From the NCBI GenBank assembly GCA_963827755.1, contig CAWHCQ010000035.1:62368-126367 (forward strand): a stretch of 64,000 nucleotides of DNA. Reading direction: 5' to 3'. Made by a program: the position numbers and the translations under genes. This document shows positions 51,527 through 61,757 of this stretch, piece by piece. The first letter of the stretch is position 1; every line of letters starts with the position of its first letter. Under the pieces are notes generated by a model. The model made no database searches. It was given only the letters and a program-made list of their open reading frames with translations, and had not been told where the DNA came from. This stretch comes from an uncultured Gammaproteobacteria bacterium (GTDB taxonomy: Bacteria > Pseudomonadota > Gammaproteobacteria > UBA9214).

Positions 51527-54254
51527 GGCCCGACCTCCCGCCCAGGCCGGCGGCGACGCGTCGCCGCAGCCGCTTCTCGAAGCCGACGACCGTGTAGATC
51601 ATCAGCCCGCCGCCCAGGATCCACATCCAGTCGGACATACCGATCGGGGCCGTGCCGAACAGGCGGTTCATTACCGGGGCGTAGGTGAACAGAAGCTGCA
51701 GCAGGATCATTCCGGCCGCACCGAGGACGAGCCAGCGGTTCGAAAAAACGCCCAGCCGGAACATCGAGTAGCGCAGCGAGCGGCAGTTGAACAGGTAGAA
51801 GAGTTCACCGAAGACGAACATGTTGACGGCAATGGTGCGCGCCGTCTCGATACCCCTGCCCTGCTGCGAGGCCCACTCGAACAGACCGAAGGCGCCGACC
51901 AGCAGCATCAGGCTGACAAGCCCGACACGAAAACCGAGCTCCCGGGTGAGCACCGGCATCCCGGGGCTGCGCGGCGGACGTTCCATGATTCCCGGCTCCT
52001 TGCCCTCGAAGGCCAGCATCAAACCGAGCAACACCGCCGTTGTCATGTTGATCCACAGGATTTGTACCGGTGTAATCGGCAGATCAATGCCGGCAAACAC
52101 GGCAACCAGGATCACCAGCCCCTCGCCGAGGTTGGTCGGCAGGGTCCAGGTGATGAATTTAATGAGGTTATCGAACACCGCCCGGCCTTCCTCGACGGCC
52201 GCCTCGATGGTTGCGAAGTTGTCGTCGGTGAGCACCATGTCCGCCGCCTCCTTCGCCACTTCGGTGCCGCCCACACCCATGGCGACACCGATATCCGCCT
52301 GCTTGAGCGCGGGTGCATCGTTGACGCCATCGCCGGTCATCGCCACCACGTGGCCCGCGGCCTGCAGCGCCTCCACCAGGCGCAGCTTTTGTTCGGGTGA
52401 GACCCGTGCAAACACCGCCGCCCGCTGGGCCACATCGACCAGTTCATGGTCGGGCATTTGCGCGAGTATGTGACCGTTGATGGCAAAACTCTCCGGATCA
52501 CTTCCTGCAGCCTTCAAACCGATCTGGTGAGCGATCGCCGCAGCCGTCGCCATGTGGTCGCCGGTTATCATCTTCACCTGAATACCGGCTTTCTGGCAGG
52601 CACGCACGGCCGCGATCGCTTCCGGCCGTGGTGGATCCATCATTGCCTGCAGGCCGAGAAAGGTGAGACCTTCGGCGACGTCGGCATGCGTCACCGACTG
52701 CCCGGTGCCGGCGGGCGACTTGCGGGCAAACGCCAGCACACGCAATCCCCTGGCGGCCATCTCCTCGACTTCCGCGTGGACAATTGCCGGGTCAAACGGC
52801 ACGGATTCGGTGCCCGCCCCCAGGGCATCGCGACAGCGTGACAGCACGCTTTCAACAGAACCCTTCATATAAATGACGGGTGCTGCTCCCGTTGATGCAG
52901 CATGCAGTGTCGCCATGTATTGATGCTGGGATTCAAACGGCAACGTATCGATGCGCGGAAGCTCCTGCTCGAGCGCCTCGCGTGAAAGCCCGGCCTTGGC
53001 AGCAGCCGTGATCAGTGCGGCTTCTGTTGGATCACCTTCAATACCCCACTGTTCACCCTTGTTAATCAGACTTGAGTCATTGCATAACAGGCCCGCCCGC
53101 AGGCACTCCACCAGGGCAGGGTGTGCCTGCGGGTCAATCACCGACTCGTCAAGGTGAACCGCTCCCTGTGGCGCATACCCCACGCCGGAAAACTCGTAAC
53201 ACTCGCCACCTGCACAGAGCTCCTGTACCGTCATCTGGTTCTGCGTCAGGGTTCCCGTCTTGTCGGAACAGATGACGGTGGTACTGCCCAGGGTTTCTAC
53301 AGCAGGCATGCGGCGGATGATGGCGTGCCGCTGCGCCATCTTGCCCACGCCGATCGCCAGCATGATGGTCATCGCCGCAGGCAGTCCCTCCGGTATCGCA
53401 CCGACGGCCAGCGCCACCGCTGCCATGAAGTTATCCAGCAGAGGTACTCCGTGAAACCAGCCTGCCAGCAGAGTGAGGCCGGCCAGACCCAGGATGACCC
53501 AGAGCAGAATGCCGCTGAAGTGCGTGATTTTTTTCGTCAGCGGCGTCGCCAGGGTGGCGGCACTGGCAATCAGTGCGTGGATCTGTCCGATCTCCGTGCC
53601 GTCGCCTGTCGCGACGACGATCCCTGCAGCCGTACCGTAGGTCACCAGGGTGGATGAATAGGCCATGTTGCTGCGGTCGGCCAGCAGCATCTTCTCGGGC
53701 AGGTGTTCGGGCTGCTTCTGCACCGGCACGGACTCGCCGGTCAGTGCCGACTCATCGATCTGCAGTTCCCGAGTACGCAACAGGCGCAGGTCCGCAGGGA
53801 CCTTGTCCCCGGACTGCAGCAGGACAAGATCCCCGGGGACCAGTTCGAAGGCCGGGATTTTTTCCTTTTTGCCGGCCCTGACAACGATCGCCGACCCCTC
53901 CATGGCGCGCGCCAGCGCATCGATGGCCTTCAGGGCTTTGGATTCCTGGATGAAACCGATAATGGCATTGACCAGCACGACGGCGAAAATAACGCCGCTG
54001 TCGACCCATTCCTGCAGTGCAAACGTGATCGCCGCCGCGCCCAGCAGGATGTAGACAAGCGGCTGATGGAATTGCTGCAGAAACAATACCAGCGGGCTTT
54101 TACCTTTCTTCAGCGTCAGCCGGTTCGGCCCGAAGTGCGCCTGCCGGTGCGCAACCTCGAAGGTGTCGAGCCCCCTGGCGGCGTCCGACTCCAGCAGGGT
54201 TGCGATTTCATCCCGCGGCAGATGATGCCAGTGTCTTGATAGCAATGTATCCAT
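51519..54254 (-). CDS. cation-transporting P-type ATPase (type II, Ca2+/Na+-like)
   Basis: DESALTGES, IPEGLP, CSDKTGTLT, MITGDH, MTGDGVNDAP, PVQILWINM; likely start ATG 54254. Confidence 0.95.
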   Translation of the reverse strand: MDTLLSRHWHHLPRDEIATLLESDAARGLDTFEVAHRQAHFGPNRLTLKKGKSPLVLFLQQFHQPLVYILLGAAAITFALQEWVDSGVIFAVVLVNAIIGFIQESKALKAIDALARAMEGSAIVVRAGKKEKIPAFELVPGDLVLLQSGDKVPADLRLLRTRELQIDESALTGESVPVQKQPEHLPEKMLLADRSNMAYSSTLVTYGTAAGIVVATGDGTEIGQIHALIASAATLATPLTKKITHFSGILLWVILGLAGLTLLAGWFHGVPLLDNFMAAVALAVGAIPEGLPAAMTIMLAIGVGKMAQRHAIIRRMPAVETLGSTTVICSDKTGTLTQNQMTVQELCAGGECYEFSGVGYAPQGAVHLDESVIDPQAHPALVECLRAGLLCNDSSLINKGEQWGIEGDPTEAALITAAAKAGLSREALEQELPRIDTLPFESQHQYMATLHAASTGAAPVIYMKGSVESVLSRCRDALGAGTESVPFDPAIVHAEVEEMAARGLRVLAFARKSPAGTGQSVTHADVAEGLTFLGLQAMMDPPRPEAIAAVRACQKAGIQVKMITGDHMATAAAIAHQIGLKAAGSDPESFAINGHILAQMPDHELVDVAQRAAVFARVSPEQKLRLVEALQAAGHVVAMTGDGVNDAPALKQADIGVAMGVGGTEVAKEAADMVLTDDNFATIEAAVEEGRAVFDNLIKFITWTLPTNLGEGLVILVAVFAGIDLPITPVQILWINMTTAVLLGLMLAFEGKEPGIMERPPRSPGMPVLTRELGFRVGLVSLMLLVGAFGLFEWASQQGRGIETARTIAVNMFVFGELFYLFNCRSLRYSMFRLGVFSNRWLVLGAAGMILLQLLFTYAPVMNRLFGTAPIGMSDWMWILGGGLMIYTVVGFEKRLRRRVAAGLGGRSGHA

Positions 54255-54624
54255 GGTATCTTTCCTGGTTCGTTCAAGCGCCCTGCCCCGGTTCCTGCAG
54301 TCGCGCGTGTTGGCTGGCCTGTCTCCGTGAACATCTCCCCGGCATGCGCTGCTTCGGCCTGCCGCATATCCCGGCAGAGAGGATATCCGAAACCGGTATC
54401 CATAGCATCCACGACTTGGAGTGGCTTGCAAATGACTATACTATTGGGTTAGTTGCGGTCGTGACTGACAGAACCCGTGCCATGCACAGGCAGTCTTTTA
54501 TCGCACTCATGGACTAGCATCATGCAACGCAAAATCGGGGGCGCCGTGTCATTGACCCGCAGCGGATCGCACCACGTACATCGGCAGTGATCAGCAAGCA
54601 AACGGTTGGCGCGCGGAGAAACCC

Positions 54625-55588
54625 ATGGAAATACTTTTATTACACGTCGAACGCGGATTTGCGCAGAAGGAATCCATCGAGCGCCTGCCGGAGAAGGGTT
54701 ACCTGTGGCTCGACTATGAACGCGGGGACGACGCCCCGTGGGCGGCGGATATCGAACGCCTGACCGGGTATCAGACTCCATGAAGGTCATGTCAAAGACG
54801 GTCTGAACGCAACCCATCCATCCTTCTTCGACAGCACCAGCGATTATGAAATGCTCATCTTCCGCGGCCTGGCGCCGGAGATCGCCGAAGAAAGTTTTAC
54901 CAGCCGGCCGACCACGTTCTTTCTCTTCGATCGCTTGCTGGTAACGGTCCGCCCCCCGGACAGCCGCTCGATCACGGCGGTTAAAACCCGCATGCTGATG
55001 AATGAAGGGCGCATTCCGCAAACGCCGGTAGGCCTGTTGCACATCATCCTCAACACCATGATCGATCGCTTTCTCGCCATCCGCGAGCCGCTGGCGCAGC
55101 AACTGGTGGACTGGAGCCGGGACCTGCTGGATCCGTCACATCCCTTCAACGACTGGCTCGCGCTGATGCACCACCGCAGCCAGCTGCGCGTCCTGGAACT
55201 GTTGTGTGAAGGCCAGGAAGATGCCGTCAGCCTGTGGCGCGAAAATACCGACATCGCCATGAGCGAACATCTGTCGATTCGCATCAACGACCTGGTCGAA
55301 CATATCCGCCGGGTGCAGAATTTCGCCACTCACCAGGGTACGGAAGTCGAATCACTGGTGCAGATGCACTTCTCCGCCGTCGCCCACCGCACCAACGAAA
55401 TCGTGCGCGTGTTGACGGTGCTGTCCGCGATCTTCCTGCCGCTGACACTGGTGGCCGGCATCTTCGGCATGAACTTCGAAAACATGCCCGAACTGAAACT
55501 GCACTACGCCTATTTCGTCGCCCTGGGCGGCATGGCGGGCCTGGCTATCGGCCTGCTGATCCTGTTTCGCGTCAGGCACTGGATATGA
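54625..55588 (+). CDS. corA: second CorA-family Mg2+ transporter; frameshift near 54765
   Basis: YLWLDY, HPSFFD, RTNEIVRVLT, GIFGMNFENMPEL. Confidence 0.87.
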
Positions 55589-55595
55589 AGCGGGG

Positions 55596-56558
55596 CTAGC
55601 CAGCGAACATGGCAAGGCCCAGACCGATATAGCAGCCATAAGCGGCCAGCAGCAGTATGCCTTCAACCCGGCTCAGGCATCGCCCCGAGTACAGGAACAG
55701 CAACAGCAGCAGGGCAGCACCCAGCATGCACCATTGATCGTATTGCAGGATGCGCGCGTGAATCGGCAGCGGCTGAAGCAGCGCGGACACACCCAGGATG
55801 CCGAGCAGGTTGAAGATATTACTGCCGAGAATATTACCCACCGCCACGTCCGCATGCCGGCGCAGCGCGGCAATCACGGAGATTGCGAATTCAGGCAGGG
55901 ACGTACCCACCGCGACCACCGTCAAACCGATCAGCGCCTGCGGGACGCCAAGGCTATCAGCAAGTCCCACCGCCCCTTTTATCAGCACGTGCGAACCGCC
56001 AATCAACAGCAGCAGGCCGGTTACCAGCACCAGCACAGTGACGACAAGCGGCTTCGGCACCAGGGTCAGTTCCTCTGCCTCGGCGCGGTGAACCTCGGCG
56101 GCCGGTTCGGCCTGGTAGCGTTCGCTCCAGTAGGCCCATACCAGGTACGTGCCCAGGCACAACAACAGAATCAGGGCGTCGAACATCGACAGCTCGCCTG
56201 CGCTGGCGAGGATGATAAACAGCACGCTGGCGGCCACCACCGTGACGGCATCGCGGCGCAGCGCCAGCGGCCTGACGGCCAGCGGTGTAATCAGGGCGCA
56301 GATTCCGAGGATCAGCAGGATGTTCGCGATATTGCTGCCGACGACGTTGCCGATGGCAATGTCCGGCTGGCTGGCAAGCGCCGCTTCGACAGAGACCACG
56401 AGTTCGGGTGCCGAGGTACCAAAGCCAACAATCACCAGCCCGCTGAGTAACGGAGAAACCCCGAAGCGCCGGGCGGCGCCGAGGGCGCCGCGTATCAACG
56501 CCTCGCCCCCCAGGGTGAGCAGGGCCAGACCCAGTGCCAGGTAAACCAGATTCAACAC
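55596..56558 (-). CDS. yrbG: calcium/sodium antiporter (CaCA, YrbG-like)
   Basis: Two alpha repeats: GFGTSAPELVVS...GNVVGSNIAN and AVGTSLPEF...GNILGSNIFN. Confidence 0.92.
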   Translation of the reverse strand: MLNLVYLALGLALLTLGGEALIRGALGAARRFGVSPLLSGLVIVGFGTSAPELVVSVEAALASQPDIAIGNVVGSNIANILLILGICALITPLAVRPLALRRDAVTVVAASVLFIILASAGELSMFDALILLLCLGTYLVWAYWSERYQAEPAAEVHRAEAEELTLVPKPLVVTVLVLVTGLLLLIGGSHVLIKGAVGLADSLGVPQALIGLTVVAVGTSLPEFAISVIAALRRHADVAVGNILGSNIFNLLGILGVSALLQPLPIHARILQYDQWCMLGAALLLLLFLYSGRCLSRVEGILLLAAYGCYIGLGLAMFAG

Positions 56559-56640
56559 GGTTCAGTTGCGCAGAAGCACGGCTGGCGCGGCTTTCCAGGC
56601 GATGCTGCCACGCAGATTACCGGCCTTGTGCGGGTGCCTG

Positions 56641-56928
56641 TTATTCGTGTTTTGCAAAGAACTTCCTGAAAGACGCCCCGAGATCGTCCGCCAGTTCGTC
56701 AAACCTCTCTGACAACTCTTCCCAGCCGTCCTCGGCGGCATCGGAGAGCTCCGCGAGCCGTGATTTTGCGTGTTCGAGAGACGCCTCGAGCTTGACAATC
56801 TGTTCCTGCGCGCTGATTTTCCGGTTGGCGACTTCTACCCCGGCCTTCGCCTTGAGGAGCTCGAGCCTGGCTGAATATTCTTCGATCTTGGCCGCGGCTT
56901 TTTCAAGGTAGGCGTCTTTACTGTTCAT
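56641..56928 (-). CDS. small charged coiled-coil protein
   Basis: MNSKDAYLEKAAAKIEEY...DAAEDGWEEL; GGAG RBS; amphipathic helical pattern. Confidence 0.7.
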   Translation of the reverse strand: MNSKDAYLEKAAAKIEEYSARLELLKAKAGVEVANRKISAQEQIVKLEASLEHAKSRLAELSDAAEDGWEELSERFDELADDLGASFRKFFAKHE

Positions 56929-57017
56929 CAGGGTTCACTCCAGTGTTGGGTACCGGGAAGGTACAAAAACGTTTTTTTACTATAAGCAGGAAAACAATTC
57001 GCTGCCATGTAAATTAC

Positions 57018-57128
57018 GGTAGTGGCTCAATTTGAGCAAGGCCGAATGAATTCGGCCCTACTACAGCGCTTTTTTGTAGGGCCGAATTCATTCGGCCACA
57101 CAGCCCGGCGTCAAACTGAGCCACTACC
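57018..57128. mobile_element. MITE (111 bp) with 18-bp terminal inverted repeats, 8-bp target-site duplication and internal REP doublet
   Basis: IRL GGTAGTGGCTCAATTTGA and IRR TCAAACTGAGCCACTACC (1 mismatch); TAAATTAC at 57010-57017 and 57129-57136; internal GGCCGAATGAATTCGGCCCTAC / GTAGGGCCGAATTCATTCGGCC. Confidence 0.85.
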
Positions 57129-57132
57129 TAAA

Positions 57133-57585
57133 TTACCTGTCGACGTCCACGAGGTAACTGCCCGACAGCCAGTTCCGGCCAAGCAACAATTTATACCTGG
57201 AATCTCCCCGGTGATTCAGGTTCACCAGGGTCTTTTTTTCAAGCCCCATATACGTGATCGTCAGGTAGACGTAGTATCTTTTTTCTCTGGACTCCGCATT
57301 CTTGACCGTCGATTCCCTGACTACCCTCGATGTCAGCCTGGACGCCTTGCCGCTCTCGTTGACGATGGAATACTCCACCTGTCCATTGGAGAACCTTATA
57401 TCCCCGGCATTGATGGACGATGTTTCCGCACCGGTATCGACACGGGCCGAGAAATACAGACCACCTTCCTTTATATATACCCCGACGACGGGGCCGATCA
57501 CCAGCTTCCCGTTTTTTCCGCTCACGCTTGCGCAGGCTGCGAAAAGCAGGAGCGCAATGGCTGCCATTGTGTAATATTTTTTCAT
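57133..57585 (-). CDS. RimB-like retropepsin-fold protease with lipoprotein signal
   Basis: MKKYYTMAAIALLLFAAC lipobox; ARVDTGAETSSI; VNLNHR..YKLLLGRNWL; locally AT-richer. Confidence 0.8.
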   Translation of the reverse strand: MKKYYTMAAIALLLFAACASVSGKNGKLVIGPVVGVYIKEGGLYFSARVDTGAETSSINAGDIRFSNGQVEYSIVNESGKASRLTSRVVRESTVKNAESREKRYYVYLTITYMGLEKKTLVNLNHRGDSRYKLLLGRNWLSGSYLVDVDR

Positions 57586-57653
57586 TCGGAACATCCAGGG
57601 AGGATACATGTCATGGCCCGATCAGGCCCGGGAGACGCGACCCGGCTGCCTGT

Positions 57654-58115
57654 TTATAAGCCGCGGTATTTAAGCTGCATGCCGTTCAGGAAATTACGCA
57701 GGATCTGGTCATTGCATTCACGAAAGTGCTTGTGACCCGGCTTGCGAAACAGCGCGCTTAACTCGTGCTTGCTGATACGCATGTCGCTCAATGCCAGTAT
57801 CTCCAGTACATCCTCGGCCTTCAGGTCCAGTCCTATTTTCAGCTTCCTGAAAACGATATTATTAGTCAGATGCTGCTCGGGCTCCGGCTGCGCCCCTTCC
57901 TTTTTTCCGCGGCGGTCGATAATCAGGCCATTGAGAAAACTCGCCAGCTGAACGTCGCTGCATTTTCGAAACGCGGGATCAGCGTCTTTTTTCAGCCAGG
58001 CGCTGACCTGCTCCCGCGTGACCGGGTAATCCGCCAGGCCGAAGATCGCAATCATCTTCGAGTCGTCGAACTCGAAGCTATAGCGAATACGGCGCAAGAT
58101 ATCGTTATTGGTCAC
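57654..58115 (-). CDS. yehS: DUF1456 family protein
   Basis: MTNNDILRRIRY, FLNGLI, NNIVFRKLKI, SKHELSALFRK, CNDQILRNFL. Confidence 0.88.
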   Translation of the reverse strand: MTNNDILRRIRYSFEFDDSKMIAIFGLADYPVTREQVSAWLKKDADPAFRKCSDVQLASFLNGLIIDRRGKKEGAQPEPEQHLTNNIVFRKLKIGLDLKAEDVLEILALSDMRISKHELSALFRKPGHKHFRECNDQILRNFLNGMQLKYRGL

Positions 58116-58233
58116 AAGTCTCTCCAGCTATGTATCACAAGAAAGGGGTCCGGTGTCGAATAGAACTTGCTTGACAGGGTTGCGTCTATTGCCCGTGCAA
58201 GGAAAAAATGCCGGTGCGCATTTATCAGCCGCC

Positions 58234-58265
58234 ACAAAAAAAGGGCCTGCAGGCCCCTTTTTTGT
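58234..58265. terminator. intrinsic (possibly bidirectional) terminator downstream of pnp
   Basis: ACAAAAAAAGGGCC-TGCA-GGCCCCTTTTTTGT. Confidence 0.8.
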
Positions 58266-58286
58266 ACTGCCTGTGCCTTGTACCGG

Positions 58287-60372
58287 CTAGCCCTCGCCGA
58301 CAGCCTTCATGCTCAGGCGGATGCGGCCCTGCTTGTCGACTTCCAGCACCTTGACCTTGACCAGGTCGCCCTCGGAGAGCTTGTCACTGACATTCTCGCA
58401 CGCGCTCTTCGCAGATCTGCGAGATGTGCACCAGGCCGTCCTTGCCCGGCAGGATGGTGACGAAGGCGCCGAAGTCCATGAGCTTGGCGACCTTGCCGTC
58501 GTAGATGGTGCCGACTTCGACGTCGGCGGTGATCTGCTCGATGCGGCGGCGCGCCTCGTTGCCGGCGTCGAGGTCAACGGATGAAATCTTGATAGTGCCG
58601 GTATCATCGATGTCGATATTGGCACCGGTTTCATCCTGGATGGCACGGATGGTTGCACCGCCCTTGCCGATGACGTCGCGGATCTTGTCGGGATTGATCT
58701 TCATGGTGATGTAACGCGGCGCGTAATCGGACACCTCTTCACGCGGCGCACTGATGGCCCGGGACATCTCACTGAGGATATGCATGCGGCCCTGGTTCGC
58801 CTGGGCGAGCGCCTTCTCCATGATCTCCCCGGTAATACCCTGGATCTTGATATCCATCTGCAGCGCGGTCACACCGTTACCGGTGCCGGCTACCTTGAAA
58901 TCCATATCGCCGAGGTGGTCCTCGTCACCGAGGATGTCGGTGAGCACGGCATAGCTGTCACCTTCCTTGATGAGGCCCATGGCGACACCGGCAACCGCAC
59001 CGGTGACCGGCACGCCGGCATCCATCATCGACAGGCTGCTGCCGCAGACGCTGGCCATGGAACTGGAGCCGTTGGATTCGGTGATTTCCGAAACAATGCG
59101 GATGGTGTAGGGAAAGCTGTCCTTCGGCGGCATCACGGCGGCAACACCGCGCTTGGCGAGCTTGCCGTGCCCGACTTCGCGGCGCTTGGTGCCACCGACA
59201 CGGCCGGTTTCCCCGACGCAGTATGGCGGGAAATTGTAGTGCAGCATGAACTGTTCCTTGGTGGTACCGGAGAGCGCATCGATCAGCTGCGCGTCACGCT
59301 CGGTACCCAGCGTGGTCACCACCAGCGCCTGGGTCTCGCCACGGGTAAACAGTGCCGAACCGTGGGCACGCGGCAACACGCCCATGCGGATGCTGATGGG
59401 ACGCACGGTACTGGTATCGCGTCCGTCGATGCGGGCCTCACCGGAGAGGATGCGGCTGCGCACGGTTTTCTTCTCGAGCTTGCCGATTGCGCCCTTGACT
59501 TCTTCTACGGAGAAACCGCCGCCGGCATCGTCAGTCAGCTTGTCAACGATCTCTGCACGCACCGTGCTCAGCAGGGTATAACGGTCCTGCTTGTCGGCCA
59601 CCTTGTAGGCGGCTGCAATGGCCGCGGCGCCTTCCTTCTCGACGGCCTCGGCCAGTGTCGTGTTCTCCTGCGGCGCCGTCCATTCCATCGGCGGCGTGTT
59701 CACTTCGGCGGCCAGCTCCCTGATAGCCTTGATGACGACCTGCTGCTGCTCGTGTCCAAACAGTACGGAACCGAGCATGACATCTTCCGGCAGTTCCTTC
59801 GCCTCGGACTCCACCATCAGCACGGCGCTCTCGGTACCGGCAACGACCAGGTCGAGTTTCGATACCTCCAGCTGCTCGGTCGTCGGGTTGAGCACGTAGT
59901 TGCCGTCGATGTAACCGACGCGGGCCGCACCCACCGGTCCCGAGAATGGCAGACCTGATATGGACATGGCGGCAGAGGCGCCGATCAATGCGGCGATATC
60001 GGGTTGAATCTGCGGGTCGTAGGAGATCACCGTAAGGATGACCTGTACTTCATGGGTGAAGCCCTTCGGAAACAGTGGACGCAAGGGCCGGTCAATCAAA
60101 CGGCACATCAGTGTCTCGGGTTCGCTTGGACGACCTTCACGACGGAAAAAGTTGCCGGGTATCTGGCCGGCCGCGTAACCCTTTTCCTGGTAATCAACCG
60201 TCATCGGGAAGAAGTCGCGTCCTTCCATCGGATGCTTGTTACCGACAACGGTAGCGAGCACCTTGGTATCACCTATGCTAACGATAACTGCACTACACTG
60301 GCGGGCAATTTCCCCGGTCTCGAGCGTGACCGTCTGGTCACCGTACTGAAAGGATTTCTTGATTGCACTCAC
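58287..60372 (-). CDS. pnp: polyribonucleotide nucleotidyltransferase; frameshift near 58400 in the S1 domain
   Basis: [54 protein letters not shown] and S1 domains. Confidence 0.97.
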
Positions 60373-60428
60373 GGGTGTATTTCCTCGTCTGAAAAAGGTG
60401 GCAGGTTATGCCGGCAAGAAGTGATGAA

Positions 60429-60698
60429 TTAACGACGCAGACCAAGCTTGCTGATCAGGTCCTGGTAGCGCGTGCTGTCTTTACCCTTCAGGTAATCGAG
60501 CAGCTTGCGACGCGAGTTGACCATGCGCAGGAGTCCCCTGCGGGAATGATGATCTGCCTTGTGTGCTGCAAAGTGACTGGTCAGTGCTGCAATGTTTCCG
60601 GTCAGCAGGGCAATCTGTACTTCGGGCGAGCCGGTGTCAGCAGCAGCGCGCTGGTGCTTCTTTACGATCTCGCTTTTTTGTTCGGCATTCAAAGCCAT
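60429..60698 (-). CDS. rpsO: 30S ribosomal protein S15
   Basis: [30 protein letters not shown]. Confidence 0.98.
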   Translation of the reverse strand: MALNAEQKSEIVKKHQRAAADTGSPEVQIALLTGNIAALTSHFAAHKADHHSRRGLLRMVNSRRKLLDYLKGKDSTRYQDLISKLGLRR

Positions 60699-60741
60699 GA
60701 AAAAACTCCTGGATATGCATATAAATTCTTTAGAGCCCGGT

Positions 60742-60770
60742 ATTTTAACCGGGGTTCAGGCTCGCCACAA
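60742..60770 (-). promoter_or_regulatory. putative sigma70 promoter of rpsO
   Basis: TTGTGG-N17-TAAAAT on the minus strand upstream of rpsO. Confidence 0.4.
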
Positions 60771-60795
60771 GCTCTGCAGCAGGCTATCACCGCCA

Positions 60796-61728
60796 CTAGC
60801 GGGCCGTCATCAGCCGGCGCGGGGCCACCCGGCCATCATCGAGGATTTCGCCCATGCCCATAAAGCGCGAATCACCCTCGTAGATCCGCACCCAGCCGTC
60901 GGTGGGCGCATTCGGCACCAGCACCGGCTGGCCCTGGCGCAGGTAAAAAGCCGCGTCCCCGCTGAGCCTCACATCCGGCCAATGGGCCAGGCCACGCTCC
61001 AGCGGCAGCAGCAGCCCGTCCATCGCGGCCAGCCCGGCCATGCCTTCAGCGGCCAGCGCCTGCAGGGCGTCCGGCTGAATCATGCCGCTGCTGTCAAACG
61101 GGCCTACCCCGAGGCGGCGCAGCCCGATCACGTGTGCACCACAACCGAGAACCTCACCCATATCCTCTATCAGGGTGCGCACGTAGGTCCCCTTGGAGCA
61201 ATGCACCCGGAAGGTCGCCTCGGGCAGGCTGAAGTCCGTCAGCTCCATTTCGAAAATCGTCACCGGGCGGGGCTCGCGCTCCACTTCAACGCCCTGGCGT
61301 GCCAGCTTGTAGAGGCGCTCACCCTTGTGTTTCAGGGCAGAATACATCGGCGGAATCTGCTCGATGTCGCCAATGAATCCCTGCATGGCCTTGCGCACCA
61401 GCCTCTCGGTGACACCCTCCGCCGGGCGCCGCTGTTGCACCTCGCCTTCAGCGTCGCCCGTGCTGGTGCGCTCGCCCAGCTTGCAGGTGACCAGGTAGTC
61501 CTTGTCGGCATCCAGCAGGAAGCCCGAAATCTTGGTCGCCTCGCCAAAGCAGATCGGCAGCAAACCGGTGGCCAGCGGGTCGAGACTGCCGGTATGCCCC
61601 GCCTTGCGAGCGCGGTACAACTTCTTCACCATCTGCAGCGCGGCATTGGATGTTATCCCGGCCGGCTTGTCGAGCAGCAAAATGCCATTGACGGGCCGCA
61701 GGTGGCTGTTGCGTTTGCGTCTAGCCAT
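60796..61728 (-). CDS. truB: tRNA pseudouridine(55) synthase
   Basis: LLLDKP, KAGHTGSLDPLATG, PPMYSALK, CSKGTYVR. Confidence 0.97.
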   Translation of the reverse strand: MARRKRNSHLRPVNGILLLDKPAGITSNAALQMVKKLYRARKAGHTGSLDPLATGLLPICFGEATKISGFLLDADKDYLVTCKLGERTSTGDAEGEVQQRRPAEGVTERLVRKAMQGFIGDIEQIPPMYSALKHKGERLYKLARQGVEVEREPRPVTIFEMELTDFSLPEATFRVHCSKGTYVRTLIEDMGEVLGCGAHVIGLRRLGVGPFDSSGMIQPDALQALAAEGMAGLAAMDGLLLPLERGLAHWPDVRLSGDAAFYLRQGQPVLVPNAPTDGWVRIYEGDSRFMGMGEILDDGRVAPRRLMTAR

Positions 61729-61757
61729 GCTGGCTGACAGTTCCGCTGGAGAAAAAA

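Noticed and set aside
54255-54624. Possible Mn/Mg riboswitch (yybP-ykoY or M-box) or FNR box between the P-type ATPase and corA
   Set aside because: Only loose GGGGAG/GAGAC words are present; I could not match the conserved cores or a TTGAT-N4-ATCAA site. An Infernal/Rfam scan would be needed.
58287-58420. Truncated PNPase or programmed frameshift in the S1 domain
   Set aside because: A single extra base with no slippery motif; the downstream frame encodes the normal S1 end, consistent with the window-wide indel errors.
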